From an uncultured Gemmatimonadaceae bacterium (GTDB lineage Bacteria; Gemmatimonadota; Gemmatimonadetes; Gemmatimonadales; GWC2-71-9), in assembly GCA_964585655.1 (NCBI GenBank), contig CAZPER010000012.1:1019-65018 (forward strand): a DNA stretch of 64,000 nt, in the 5' to 3' direction. A program made the translations under genes and the position numbers. A model generated the notes under the pieces. The model did no database searches and was not told the origin of the DNA. It saw only the letters and a list, made by a program, of their open reading frames with translations. Below, piece by piece: positions 16,540 to 25,638 of the stretch (the first letter of the stretch is position 1; every line of letters begins with the position of its first letter).

Positions 16540-17130
16540 ACTCACCCCCGCGATCACCAGCGGCACCTTCCACCCTTCCTGCAAGAAGAAGAACAGCTCG
16601 GAGCGCCGGCGCTCGGAGATGGGGCTGGTGCGGGTGGGGGAGGTGAAGGCTTCGAGGCCGGCGCGGGCGGTCTCGAGCCGGAGCCGGAGCATGTGGAAGG
16701 GGTCGCTGACCAGCAGCACCCGCTTCACCCCGCGGTCCGCGGCCCAGTCCGCCACCGATCGCACCGAGGCCTGGGTGGAGCGCCCCTCCGGCCGCACCAC
16801 CACCGCCGCTTCCGGCACGCCGCGTCCCACCAGGTACTGCCGTCCCACCGTGGCCTCGCTCACCCGGTCTCCCTCGCCGATGCCGCCGGTCACCACCACG
16901 GTGGCCGCGAGCCCTTCCTGGTAGAGCGTGAAGGCATGGTCCAGCCGGGCGCGCAGCACCGGCGACGGCTTGCCGTTGTACTGCGCTGCCCCCAGCACCA
17001 CGATCGCGTCCACCGGCCGCCGCTGGTCCTGCCGGCTGACCGCGAACACGGTGAGGATGGTCGCCAGGTAGAGCAGCGTCGGGGTGAGGACCGCCGCGAG
17101 GCCCAGCCGTCGCGCCCTACGACAGCTCAA
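16534..17130 (-). CDS. YdcF/DUF218 family protein
   Basis: ORF 16534..17211, with TTG at 17130 preferred. It has a TM anchor plus the DUF218 core (VVLGAAQYNGKPSPVLRARLDHA...VSDPFHMLR). Confidence 0.7.
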   Translation of the reverse strand: MSCRRARRLGLAAVLTPTLLYLATILTVFAVSRQDQRRPVDAIVVLGAAQYNGKPSPVLRARLDHAFTLYQEGLAATVVVTGGIGEGDRVSEATVGRQYLVGRGVPEAAVVVRPEGRSTQASVRSVADWAADRGVKRVLLVSDPFHMLRLRLETARAGLEAFTSPTRTSPISERRRSELFFFLQEGWKVPLVIAGVSR

Positions 17131-18508
17131 AACTCTCCCCCTGCCTCGGCTTGTCCACCTGCCGCACCCCCTCCTCCTTGAGGATCTGCACCATCGCGGT
17201 CGCGGCGTCACTCTCCCCGTGGACCACGAAGGCGCGGCGGATAGGGCCGCCCAGCCGGCGGATCCAGGCCCGGAGCTCGTTGCGGTCGGCGTGGGCGGAG
17301 TAGCCGCTGATGGTCTCCACCTCGGCCCGGACCGGCAGCTCCTCGCCGAAGATCTTGACCACCTTGGCGCCCTCCTGGATGCGGCGGCCGAGGGTGTGCT
17401 CCCCCTGGTAGCCGACGAAGAGGACGAGGGTCTTGTGATCGCCGATCCGGTTGCGGAGGTGGTGCAGGATCCGCCCCGACTCCGCCATGCCGCTCGCGGC
17501 GATGATCACCGCGGGGCCGGTGAGGTGGTTGAGTTTCTTCGAGTCCTGCGCGTCGCGGACGTACTGCACCAGGGGGAAGTCGAACAGCGCCGTGGTGTGC
17601 TCGATCATCTGCTCGCCCCGGTCGAAGAGATCGGGGTGCAGCCGGAAGACGGCGGTGGCGTCCACCGCGAGCGGGCTGTCCACGAAGATCGGGACGCCGG
17701 GGATCTTCCCCGCGCGGAACAGGGCGTGGAGGCTGTACACCAGCTCCTGGGTGCGCCCCACCGCGAACGAGGGGATCAGGAGCTTGCCTCCCCGTCCCGC
17801 CACCCGACGGACCAGGTCGCCGAGGTGGGTTTCGGCGTCGGCGATCGATTCGTGGGTGCGGTTGCCGTAGGTGGACTCGATGATCAGCGTGTCCACCGGG
17901 CCGGCGGGGGGGTCGGGGTCCCGGATGATGGGGAGCCCGGTGCGGCCGATGTCGCCGGAGAAGACCAGCCGGTGGGTCGGGGCCTCGGTGATCCGGAGAT
18001 CCACCGACGCCGAGCCGAGGATGTGGCCGGCGTCGGTGAACTCGAAGGCCAGGTGCTTCCGCAGGTGGTGCACCCGGCGGTAGGGGAGCCCGACGATGAG
18101 GTCCTGCACCGCGACGGCGTCGGCCAGGGTGTAGAGCGGCTCGCTCTCCGGCCCCACCTTGCCGCGGCGCGCCAGGAACTCGGCGTCCTTCTCCTGGATG
18201 TGCGCCGCGTCGGGGAGCATGACGGCGCAGAGGTCCCGGGTGCCGGGGGTGGCGAAGATGGGGCCGTGGTAGCCGCGATTCACCAGCAGCGGCAGCCGGC
18301 CGGCATGGTCGATGTGGGCGTGGCTCAGGATCACCGCGTCGAGGGTGCGCGGATCCACCGGCAGGTTGGCGTTGAGCGCGTGGCTCTCGGCCCGGCGCCC
18401 CTGGAAGAGTCCGGCATCAAGCAGCACCCGCGCGCCCGCCGTCTCCAGCAGGTGCATCGAGCCGGTGACTTGTCCGGCGGCGCCATGGAAAGTGATGCGA
18501 TGGGGCAT
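17117..18508 (-). CDS. MBL-fold metallo-hydrolase, beta-CASP RNA-metabolising family
   Basis: HAHIDHAG motif, beta-CASP region and C-terminal RMMBL-like HGE motif. 463 aa. Confidence 0.85.
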   Translation of the reverse strand: MPHRITFHGAAGQVTGSMHLLETAGARVLLDAGLFQGRRAESHALNANLPVDPRTLDAVILSHAHIDHAGRLPLLVNRGYHGPIFATPGTRDLCAVMLPDAAHIQEKDAEFLARRGKVGPESEPLYTLADAVAVQDLIVGLPYRRVHHLRKHLAFEFTDAGHILGSASVDLRITEAPTHRLVFSGDIGRTGLPIIRDPDPPAGPVDTLIIESTYGNRTHESIADAETHLGDLVRRVAGRGGKLLIPSFAVGRTQELVYSLHALFRAGKIPGVPIFVDSPLAVDATAVFRLHPDLFDRGEQMIEHTTALFDFPLVQYVRDAQDSKKLNHLTGPAVIIAASGMAESGRILHHLRNRIGDHKTLVLFVGYQGEHTLGRRIQEGAKVVKIFGEELPVRAEVETISGYSAHADRNELRAWIRRLGGPIRRAFVVHGESDAATAMVQILKEEGVRQVDKPRQGESFELS

Positions 18509-18672
18509 GGGGGCCTAATCTAGGGGTGAATGCGGGGGACGGGCAGGCGGGAGGCTCGCCGGGGCGACTGGGATTCCGCGCGCTGCAGTTCGCCCGGCAA
18601 TCCGGCGGCGCAATCCACCCGTCCGCTCACTGACGCGCGCTCCACCCCAGCCGCCCCGGCACCACTGCGACC

Positions 18673-19599
18673 CTACCGCCCTGCAGCGACCACCACCCAA
18701 TCCGCGACCTCGGGCTCCCCCGCGAAGGTCGCGGTCGGCATGCGCCGGGTCAGCGCCCAGCGGTGCAGCCAGCTGATGCCCGCGGGGCCGGTGTAGGTAT
18801 CCGGCGATTGATAGACCGGGTCTGCCAGGACTTCCGCCAGCGGCGCGAAGCGGTAGCCCCGGGCGCGGAGCATCGCGCAGAGCCGGTCGAAGGTCGCGGC
18901 ATTCAGCGCGTTGGCGTGCAGCAGCAGCACCTGGGGGATCTCCCGCCCGGCGATCGCCACCGACTGTCCCTCGTACCAGGAGACCACCCGCTCCATATAG
19001 TCCAGGTACTCGGTGGCGATGCGGGCCGCCTGGGCGGTGTCCCGCGCCTCCCGTGCCGTGAGATACGCGCTGGCGAAGACGTAGTCGGAGTTGTCGATCG
19101 TGACCGGCGCCACCCGGTAGCCGTGGGCGGCGAGGAAGGCGTGGAGCGAGTCCCGTACCGCCACGCTCCGGCCGGTGTGCAGGAAGGGGTGACGGAAGAA
19201 GCGGGGCGCCTGGTGTCGCGCGGCGAGGAGCGGGCGGAGCTGGCGTTCGCCGCGGAGCAGGTCGGCGGTGAACTCGGTGAGCGTCACCCGGTGGAGATCG
19301 GGGTGGCCCCAGGTGTGGTTGCCGAGCTCGAGCCCGGCGTCGAGCCAGCGCCGGAGCAGCGCCAGCTGCCGCGGGTCGGCGCGGCCGGCGGCGTCCTCGA
19401 GCTGCATCTCGTTCACGAAGCCGATCGCCGGCACCCGGTGCGTCCCGATGGCGCGGAGCAGGCTCGTGGTGACCGACTCGCGGGCGGCGATCGCCACGGC
19501 GCGGCCCGCCACCGGCAGGTCGTCGAAGGTCACCGCGACGGCGCGGCGGGTCGGGTCCTGCGCCGTCGCCAGCGCCAGCAGCAGCGCCAGCCGGATCAT
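18673..19599 (-). CDS. polysaccharide deacetylase family protein (NodB-type)
   Basis: ATG at 19599 ([13 protein letters not shown]...) overlaps the upp stop as ATGA. Motifs TFDD and NHTWGH. Confidence 0.8.
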   Translation of the reverse strand: MIRLALLLALATAQDPTRRAVAVTFDDLPVAGRAVAIAARESVTTSLLRAIGTHRVPAIGFVNEMQLEDAAGRADPRQLALLRRWLDAGLELGNHTWGHPDLHRVTLTEFTADLLRGERQLRPLLAARHQAPRFFRHPFLHTGRSVAVRDSLHAFLAAHGYRVAPVTIDNSDYVFASAYLTAREARDTAQAARIATEYLDYMERVVSWYEGQSVAIAGREIPQVLLLHANALNAATFDRLCAMLRARGYRFAPLAEVLADPVYQSPDTYTGPAGISWLHRWALTRRMPTATFAGEPEVADWVVVAAGR

Positions 19600-20273
19600 C
19601 GGGTGCCGAAGAGGCGGTCGCCGGCGTCGCCCAGGCCGGGGACGATGTAGCCCTGGCCGTTGAGGCCCCGGTCGAGCGCGGCGGCGTAGATCCGCACGTC
19701 GGGGTGGCCGTCGAGCATCCGGCGCACCCCTTCCGGCGCGGCCACGATGCAGAGGAAGCGGATGCGGCGGGCGCCGGCGGTCTTGAGGGTGGTGACCGCC
19801 GCGGTGGCGGAGCCGCCGGTGGCGAGCATGGGATCGAGGATGAAGAAGTCGCGATCGGTGGCGCGCACCGCGAGGTCCGCGTTCGGCTCGCTGGGATCGC
19901 CCGGGATCTTGGCGTAGTAGCGGGTGGGCTCGAGGCTGGTCTCGTCCCGCGCCACGCCGATGTGCCCCACCCGCGCGGTGGGGAGCAGCTCGGAGACCCC
20001 GTCCACCATGCCGAGCCCGGCGCGGAGGATGGGGACCAGGGTGAGCTTCTTGTCGGAGACCATCCGGCCCTGCATCCGCTCCAGCGGGGTGTCGATCTCC
20101 ACCGCCTCGGTTGGGAGGTCCTTGGTGGCCTCGTAGGCCATGAGCATGGCGATCTCGCTCACCAGGTGCTTGAAGTCGCGGGTGCTGGTGGCGCGGTCGC
20201 GGAGCAGGGTCAGCTTGTGCTGGATGAGGGGATGATCCAGCACCAGGAGATTGGGCAGGGAGGGGTGGGACAT
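19596..20273 (-). CDS. upp: uracil phosphoribosyltransferase
   Basis: 225 aa with [13 protein letters not shown] at the N-terminus and a PRPP-binding loop (DPMLATGGS). Confidence 0.95.
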   Translation of the reverse strand: MSHPSLPNLLVLDHPLIQHKLTLLRDRATSTRDFKHLVSEIAMLMAYEATKDLPTEAVEIDTPLERMQGRMVSDKKLTLVPILRAGLGMVDGVSELLPTARVGHIGVARDETSLEPTRYYAKIPGDPSEPNADLAVRATDRDFFILDPMLATGGSATAAVTTLKTAGARRIRFLCIVAAPEGVRRMLDGHPDVRIYAAALDRGLNGQGYIVPGLGDAGDRLFGTR

Positions 20274-20290
20274 GGGGGTAAGATGGCGCC

Positions 20291-20335
20291 GGGGTCAGGG
20301 AGGGGGGAAGAGGGAACGGGGAACGGGGAACGGGG
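20291..20335 (+). repeat. GGGGAAC-family tandem array in a divergent spacer
   Basis: GGGGTCAGGGAGGGGGGAAGAGGGAACGGGGAACGGGGAACGGGG. Confidence 0.85.
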
Positions 20336-20445
20336 AAGTGACCAGGCACCCGGTCGTTGGGTCGGTTCAAGGGGGGAGCCGGCAGGGTCGCAGACCCCGG
20401 TAGGAAGCAACCACGGAGCACACACAGAACACGAAGGAGGCCAGG

Positions 20446-20895
20446 GTGAGGGAGGTGCGCATGCGTGGCTGGACGGCGGCGATTGGGATCGGACTGCTGG
20501 CCGGGTGCAGCGGGGGAGCGACGCCGGCCGAAGAGCCGGAAGCGGCCCTCGGCCCGCGGGAGGTAGTGCTCGCCATCGGGGAGCGGGTGGCGGTCCCGGA
20601 GGCGGGGCTGACGGTGGGATTCGAGGGAGTGCCGGAGGATCAGCGCTGCCCGATTCCCTGGCAGTGCTTCGCCGCGGGGAACGCCGATGTGGCGCTCCGG
20701 ATCGATCGCACCGGCTCCGAGCGGCCCGATACCGTGGTCGTGCTGAGTTCCGACCGGCCGGACCTGATCGTCGCGGTGGACGGGGTGCGCTTCGAGCTCC
20801 GGTCCCTGATTCCCCAACCCCGCGCTGAACGGCAGACTCCGCCGGGCGAGTACCGGGCGGGGATCCGGGTCAGCCGGCTGGCCTCCGGGCAGTAA
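20446..20895 (+). CDS. hypothetical lipoprotein
   Basis: Lipobox LLAGC. An alternative ATG at 20461 is possible. No recognisable domain. Confidence 0.5.
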   Translation: MREVRMRGWTAAIGIGLLAGCSGGATPAEEPEAALGPREVVLAIGERVAVPEAGLTVGFEGVPEDQRCPIPWQCFAAGNADVALRIDRTGSERPDTVVVLSSDRPDLIVAVDGVRFELRSLIPQPRAERQTPPGEYRAGIRVSRLASGQ

Positions 20896-20897
20896 AC

Positions 20898-20972
20898 TCA
20901 ACCACAAAGTTCACGAAGCCCACGAAGCGGTCCTGGGATACCCTTCGTGGTCTTCGTGGACTTCGTGGTTGA
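20898..20972. repeat. CACGAAG/CTTCGTG-family palindromic element
   Basis: TCAACCACAAAGTTCACGAAGCCCACGAAGCGG faces CCCTTCGTGGTCTTCGTGGACTTCGTGGTTGA. It lies between convergent lipoprotein genes. Confidence 0.85.
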
Positions 20973-20984
20973 TTCTTGCAGCGC

Positions 20985-21323
20985 CTAACGCAGCGTCAGG
21001 ATCTCCGCCTTGCAGACGAATTCGCCGGCGGGGCAGATGGACGCGACCAGGCGGCCGCGGGTGGAGCCGGAGACGACCAGCTCCGGCGGCTCGGTGAAGT
21101 ACGCGGAATCGGCGGTCAGGGCGGGGGAATCGAAGCGGAGCACGGTGCTGTCCGGCCGCTGGAGGGCCGGCTTCTGCTGGGCGTTGATCCGAACGCCCGG
21201 CGCCGGCTCGAGCCGGAGCCGGGTGCCGCCGGGCACCGGTTCCCGGACCACCGAGAAATAGGGGCTCACCTCGGCGGCGCAGGCGCCGAGGAGGAGCAGG
21301 AGGGCGCAGAGCAGGTTCCGCAT
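20985..21323 (-). CDS. hypothetical lipoprotein
   Basis: Lipobox LLLGAC. 112 aa with no recognisable domain. Confidence 0.5.
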   Translation of the reverse strand: MRNLLCALLLLLGACAAEVSPYFSVVREPVPGGTRLRLEPAPGVRINAQQKPALQRPDSTVLRFDSPALTADSAYFTEPPELVVSGSTRGRLVASICPAGEFVCKAEILTLR

Positions 21324-21410
21324 GGCCCCACCAGAATAGCCCGCCGAGCCCCAGCCGGGGAGCCGCTATCTGGTTCTCCGGGGGCCCTTTCCGCCCCTAC
21401 CCGGTATTCG

Positions 21411-21423
21411 TATATTCCCGCCC
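21411..21423 (+). promoter_or_regulatory. candidate -10 plus GC-rich discriminator TATATTCCCGCCC upstream of tRNA-Phe
   Basis: The hexamer ends 18 nt before the mature tRNA 5' end. An identical 13-mer occurs at 54439. Confidence 0.45.
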
Positions 21424-21434
21424 CTTCCCGTCCC

Positions 21435-21507
<73 letters not shown>

Positions 21508-21660
21508 CTAGATTGCCTCTGAGAGACTTGGGCCCCCTCGGCAGCACTGGGGGACCAGGCCTCCGCGGGCGCGCCGCCGGGCGCGCCTCGAGTTGCTCCC
21601 CCCGCCGGCGCCTCGCAGTAGGGTTCCCCGTCCTCGCCCGAGGGCAGTTGGTGGAGCGAC

Positions 21661-24642
21661 ATGAAAAAGAAGGCCGCGGCACCTGCACCCGCTTCCCCGC
21701 CTGCGCCTGATCCACCAGCCGCGGCGGAGCGCAGCTTCCCGATCATCGGCATCGGGGCCTCCGCGGGAGGACTGGGGGCGTTCGAGGAATTCTTCCGGGC
21801 GCTCCCGGCCCAGACCGAAGTGGACCTGGCGTTCGTGCTGGTGCAGCACCTCGCCCCCGACCATCCCAGCATCCTCGCGGAGCTGATCAAGCGCTACACC
21901 TCGTTGCCCGTGTTCGAGGTGACGGACGGGGTGACGGTGCAGCGCAACGCCATCTACGTCATCCCGCCCAACCGCGACCTGGCCTTCCTGAACGGCACCC
22001 TGCAGCTGCTCGAGCCGGCGGCGCCGCGGGGGCAGCGGCTGCCGATCGATTTCTTCTTCCGGTCGCTGGCGCAGGACCAGCATGAGCGGGCCATCGCCAT
22101 CGTGCTCTCCGGCACCGGCAGCGACGGCACGCTCGGGGTGCGCGCGATCAAGGGCGAGGGCGGGATGGTGATGGCGCAGGCGCCGGCGTCCACCGACTTC
22201 GACGGGATGCCGCGGAGCGCGATCGCCACCGGCATGGTGGACTTCGTGCTGCCCCCGGCCGAGATGCCCGGGGAGCTGCTGGCCTATTGCGGCCATGCCT
22301 TCGGGCGGGTGCCGGGCGGAACGGCCCGCACCAGCCCCGGCGCGGCGGAATCGCTGCAGAAGATCTTCGTGCTGCTCCGGGCCCAGACCGGGCATGACTT
22401 CTCCCAGTACAAGCAGAGCACGATCGCGCGCCGGGTGGAGCGGCGGCAGGCGGTGCACCGGATCCAGCAGGTGGACGGATACGTGCGCCTGCTCCAGCAG
22501 AACCCGGCCGAGGTGGAGGCGCTGTTTCTCGACCTGCTGATCGGCGTCACCAGCTTCTTTCGCGACCCGGAGGCGTTCGCCGCGCTGGAGCAGCAGGTGA
22601 TCCCGCAGCTCTTCGCGGACCGGCCCGCCGACGCCGCGGTGCGGGCGTGGGTGCCCGGGTGTTCGACCGGGGAGGAGGCGTATTCGATCGCCATCCTGCT
22701 GCTGGAGTACATGGAGGCGACGAAGCGCAGCTTCAAGCTGCAGCTGTTCGCCACCGACATCGACCGCCGGGCCATTGATACCGCGCGGGCCGGCGTCTAC
22801 CCGGCGAGCATCGCCGCCGATATCCCGGCGGAGCGGCTGGCCCGGTTCTTCATGCTCGAGGAAGATGGCCTGCACTACCGGGTGCAGAAGCGGCTGCGCG
22901 ACGTGCTGGTGTTTTCCGAGCAGGACGTCATCCGGGACCCGCCCTTTTCCCGGCTCGACCTGATCAGTTGCCGCAACCTGATGATCTACATGGGGCCGGA
23001 GCTGCAGCAGAAGCTGATGCCGCTGTTCGACTATGCCCTCCGCCCCGGTGGCTACCTCTTCCTCGGCACCTCGGAGTCGGTGGGGGACTTCGGCACCCTG
23101 TTCACCGTGGTGGATCGGAAGGCCAAGATCTACCAGGACCGGGATGACGGGCACGTCCGGCTCGCCGGGAACGCGCGCTTCCTGCCGCCGACGCCGCTGG
23201 CCGTGGGAGGGCGGCGGCCCACGGCCAGGGCCCTGCCCGGCGCGCAGGACCACCTGCGCTTCCTCACCGAGCGCACCCTGCTTGAGCACCAGGCGCTGGC
23301 GGGGGCGCTGGTGAACGACCGGGGTGACATCCTCTACCTGCACGGGCGGACCGGCCGGTACCTGGAGCTGGCGGCGGGCGAGGTCGAGGTGAACATCCTG
23401 AAGATGGCGCGGGAGGGGCTCCGCCGGCCGCTGACCGTCGCGCTCCGGCGGGCGGCCTCGAAGCAGGAACGGGTGCACGAGGCCGGGGTGCCGGTGAAGA
23501 CCAACGGGGACATCACCCTGGTGGATCTTACGGTGCAGCCGCTGGCGTCCGAGGCTGGCGACGCCGCCGATGCGACCCTGTGCCTGGTGATCCTCGAGGA
23601 CGCCGCGGCGCCACCAGGGGCCGGCGCCTATCCGGCGCCGGCGGCGGAGCTCGCGGAAACGGGTGAGCCGGTGGATGCCCGGATCGCGGCGCTCCGGCGC
23701 GAGCTGCGCCTCAAGGAGGAAAACCTCCGGATCATCAACGAGGAGCTGGAGACCTCCAACGAGGAGCTCAAGTCCTCCAACGAGGAGATGCAGTCGGTCA
23801 ACGAGGAGCTGCAGTCCACCAACGAAGAGATGGAGACGTCCAAGGAGGAGCTGCAGTCGGTGAACGAGGAACTCTCCACCGTCAATATCGAGCTGCAGGC
23901 CCGGGTCGCGGAACTGTCGCGGGCCAACAACGACATGAACAACCTGCTGGCCGGCACCGGCGTGGGGACGATCTTCGTGGACCATGCGCTGCACATCAAG
24001 CGCTACACGCCGACGGTGACCCAGCTGATCAACCTGATCCCGACCGACGTCGGGCGCTCGGTGGGGCACATCGTCTCCAACCTGCGGGGCTACGACCGGC
24101 TGGTGGAGGACGTCCAGCGGGTGCTGGACACCCTGGTGCCCGTCGAGGCCGAGGTCCAGAGCAAGGCGGGGAAGTGGTTCCTGCTCCGCATCCGGCCGTA
24201 TCGCACGCTGGAGAACCTGATCGAGGGGGCGGTGATCACCTTCACCGACGTGACGGAGATGAAGCAGGCCCAGGACGCGCTGACGGCGGCCCGGTCCCTC
24301 GAACGGCTGGCCGTCGTGGTGCGGGACGCGCACGACGCCATCACCGTGCAGGGGCTGGACGGCCGCATCCTGGCCTGGAATGCCGGCGCGACGCGAATGT
24401 ACGGCTGGAGCGAGGCGGAGGCGCTGGCCCTGAATGTCCGGGACCTGATCCCGGCGGCGGAGCGGGAGGCCGCGCTGGCCATGGTGCGGCAGCTCAGCGG
24501 GGCGGAGGTGCTGGCGCCGTACCGCACCCAGCGGATGGGGAAGGACGGCCGGGCGGTGGACGTCTGGCTCACCGCCACCACGCTGGTCGACGAGCGGGGC
24601 GAGGTGTACGCCATCGCCACCACCGAGCGGGCGGCACCATGA
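21661..24642 (+). CDS. CheB methylesterase-CheR methyltransferase fusion protein with coiled coil and PAS domains
   Basis: N-terminal CheB-type segment (FPIIGIGASAGGL), CheR segment (SFFRD...VPGCSTGEEAYS), NEEL heptad coiled coil and C-terminal PAS domains. Confidence 0.85.
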   Translation: MKKKAAAPAPASPPAPDPPAAAERSFPIIGIGASAGGLGAFEEFFRALPAQTEVDLAFVLVQHLAPDHPSILAELIKRYTSLPVFEVTDGVTVQRNAIYVIPPNRDLAFLNGTLQLLEPAAPRGQRLPIDFFFRSLAQDQHERAIAIVLSGTGSDGTLGVRAIKGEGGMVMAQAPASTDFDGMPRSAIATGMVDFVLPPAEMPGELLAYCGHAFGRVPGGTARTSPGAAESLQKIFVLLRAQTGHDFSQYKQSTIARRVERRQAVHRIQQVDGYVRLLQQNPAEVEALFLDLLIGVTSFFRDPEAFAALEQQVIPQLFADRPADAAVRAWVPGCSTGEEAYSIAILLLEYMEATKRSFKLQLFATDIDRRAIDTARAGVYPASIAADIPAERLARFFMLEEDGLHYRVQKRLRDVLVFSEQDVIRDPPFSRLDLISCRNLMIYMGPELQQKLMPLFDYALRPGGYLFLGTSESVGDFGTLFTVVDRKAKIYQDRDDGHVRLAGNARFLPPTPLAVGGRRPTARALPGAQDHLRFLTERTLLEHQALAGALVNDRGDILYLHGRTGRYLELAAGEVEVNILKMAREGLRRPLTVALRRAASKQERVHEAGVPVKTNGDITLVDLTVQPLASEAGDAADATLCLVILEDAAAPPGAGAYPAPAAELAETGEPVDARIAALRRELRLKEENLRIINEELETSNEELKSSNEEMQSVNEELQSTNEEMETSKEELQSVNEELSTVNIELQARVAELSRANNDMNNLLAGTGVGTIFVDHALHIKRYTPTVTQLINLIPTDVGRSVGHIVSNLRGYDRLVEDVQRVLDTLVPVEAEVQSKAGKWFLLRIRPYRTLENLIEGAVITFTDVTEMKQAQDALTAARSLERLAVVVRDAHDAITVQGLDGRILAWNAGATRMYGWSEAEALALNVRDLIPAAEREAALAMVRQLSGAEVLAPYRTQRMGKDGRAVDVWLTATTLVDERGEVYAIATTERAAP

Positions 24643-24654
24643 TCGAGGCGCGTC

Positions 24655-25638
24655 ATGCCTGACGCCGACGAGCGGCCCCGGATCGGCCCGACGCCGCGGA
24701 GCACCGCGGAGGCGCTGCGGCGGCGGGCGGCGGAGATCGCGGCGGCCCGGGACGCGGAGATTCCACCGGCCCCGGAGCCGCTCTCGGCCGAGGAGGCGCG
24801 GGAGATCATCCACGAGCTGCAGGTGTACCAGATCGAACTCGAGCTGCAGAACGACGAGCTGCGCCGCGCCCAGGAGTCGCTGGAGGCCGCCCGGGCCCGC
24901 TACTTCGACCTCTACGACCTGGCGCCGGTGGGCTACTTCACCCTGCGCCCGGACGGCGTGATCCTGGAGGTGAACGTGACGGGAGCCCGCCTGCTCGACG
25001 TGGCGCGCGCGGCGCTCATCGAGCGGCCGCTGAGCGTGTTCATCCTCCCCGAGGACCAGGACCGTTACTACCTGGCCTGCCGCAAGCTGGTGACGACCGG
25101 CGGCGACCACGCCTTCGAGCTGCGGATGGCGAGGCGGGACGGCCGGCCGTTCTGGGTCTCCATCGAGGCGACGGTGGCCCACGACGACGAGGGCGCGCCG
25201 GTGCTGCGCATGATGATGACCGACATCACCCCCCGGAAGGTGGCGGAGCAGGCGCAGCGGGCGGCGGATGCCCTGCGGGAGAGCTGGGTGTACTACCGGC
25301 AGATCGCCGAATCGCTGCCGCAGCTGGTCTGGGCCAGCGGTCCCGACGGCTCGTGGGACTACCTGGGCCCGCAATGGCTCACCTACACCGGGTTCCCGGC
25401 GGCGGAGCAGCTGGGGCTGGGGTGGCTGCGGCAGGTGCACCCCGACGACCGTCCCGCCGCGAGCGTCGGGTGGGACCGGGCGGTGGCGACCGGGGCGGTG
25501 TTCAACGCCGAGATTCGCCTCCGGCGGCACGACGGGATCTTTCACCGGTTCAAGTGGCGCGCGGTGCCGCTGCGGGCCGAATCCGGCGTCATCACCCGGT
25601 GGTTCGGGGTGAACACCGACCTCGAGGACGCCGGCTAG
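24655..25638 (+). CDS. PAS domain protein (two PAS domains, no output domain)
   Basis: HELQVYQIELELQNDELRRAQ coiled-coil leader and two PAS-like blocks. No HisKA/HATPase or other effector region. Confidence 0.8.
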   Translation: MPDADERPRIGPTPRSTAEALRRRAAEIAAARDAEIPPAPEPLSAEEAREIIHELQVYQIELELQNDELRRAQESLEAARARYFDLYDLAPVGYFTLRPDGVILEVNVTGARLLDVARAALIERPLSVFILPEDQDRYYLACRKLVTTGGDHAFELRMARRDGRPFWVSIEATVAHDDEGAPVLRMMMTDITPRKVAEQAQRAADALRESWVYYRQIAESLPQLVWASGPDGSWDYLGPQWLTYTGFPAAEQLGLGWLRQVHPDDRPAASVGWDRAVATGAVFNAEIRLRRHDGIFHRFKWRAVPLRAESGVITRWFGVNTDLEDAG

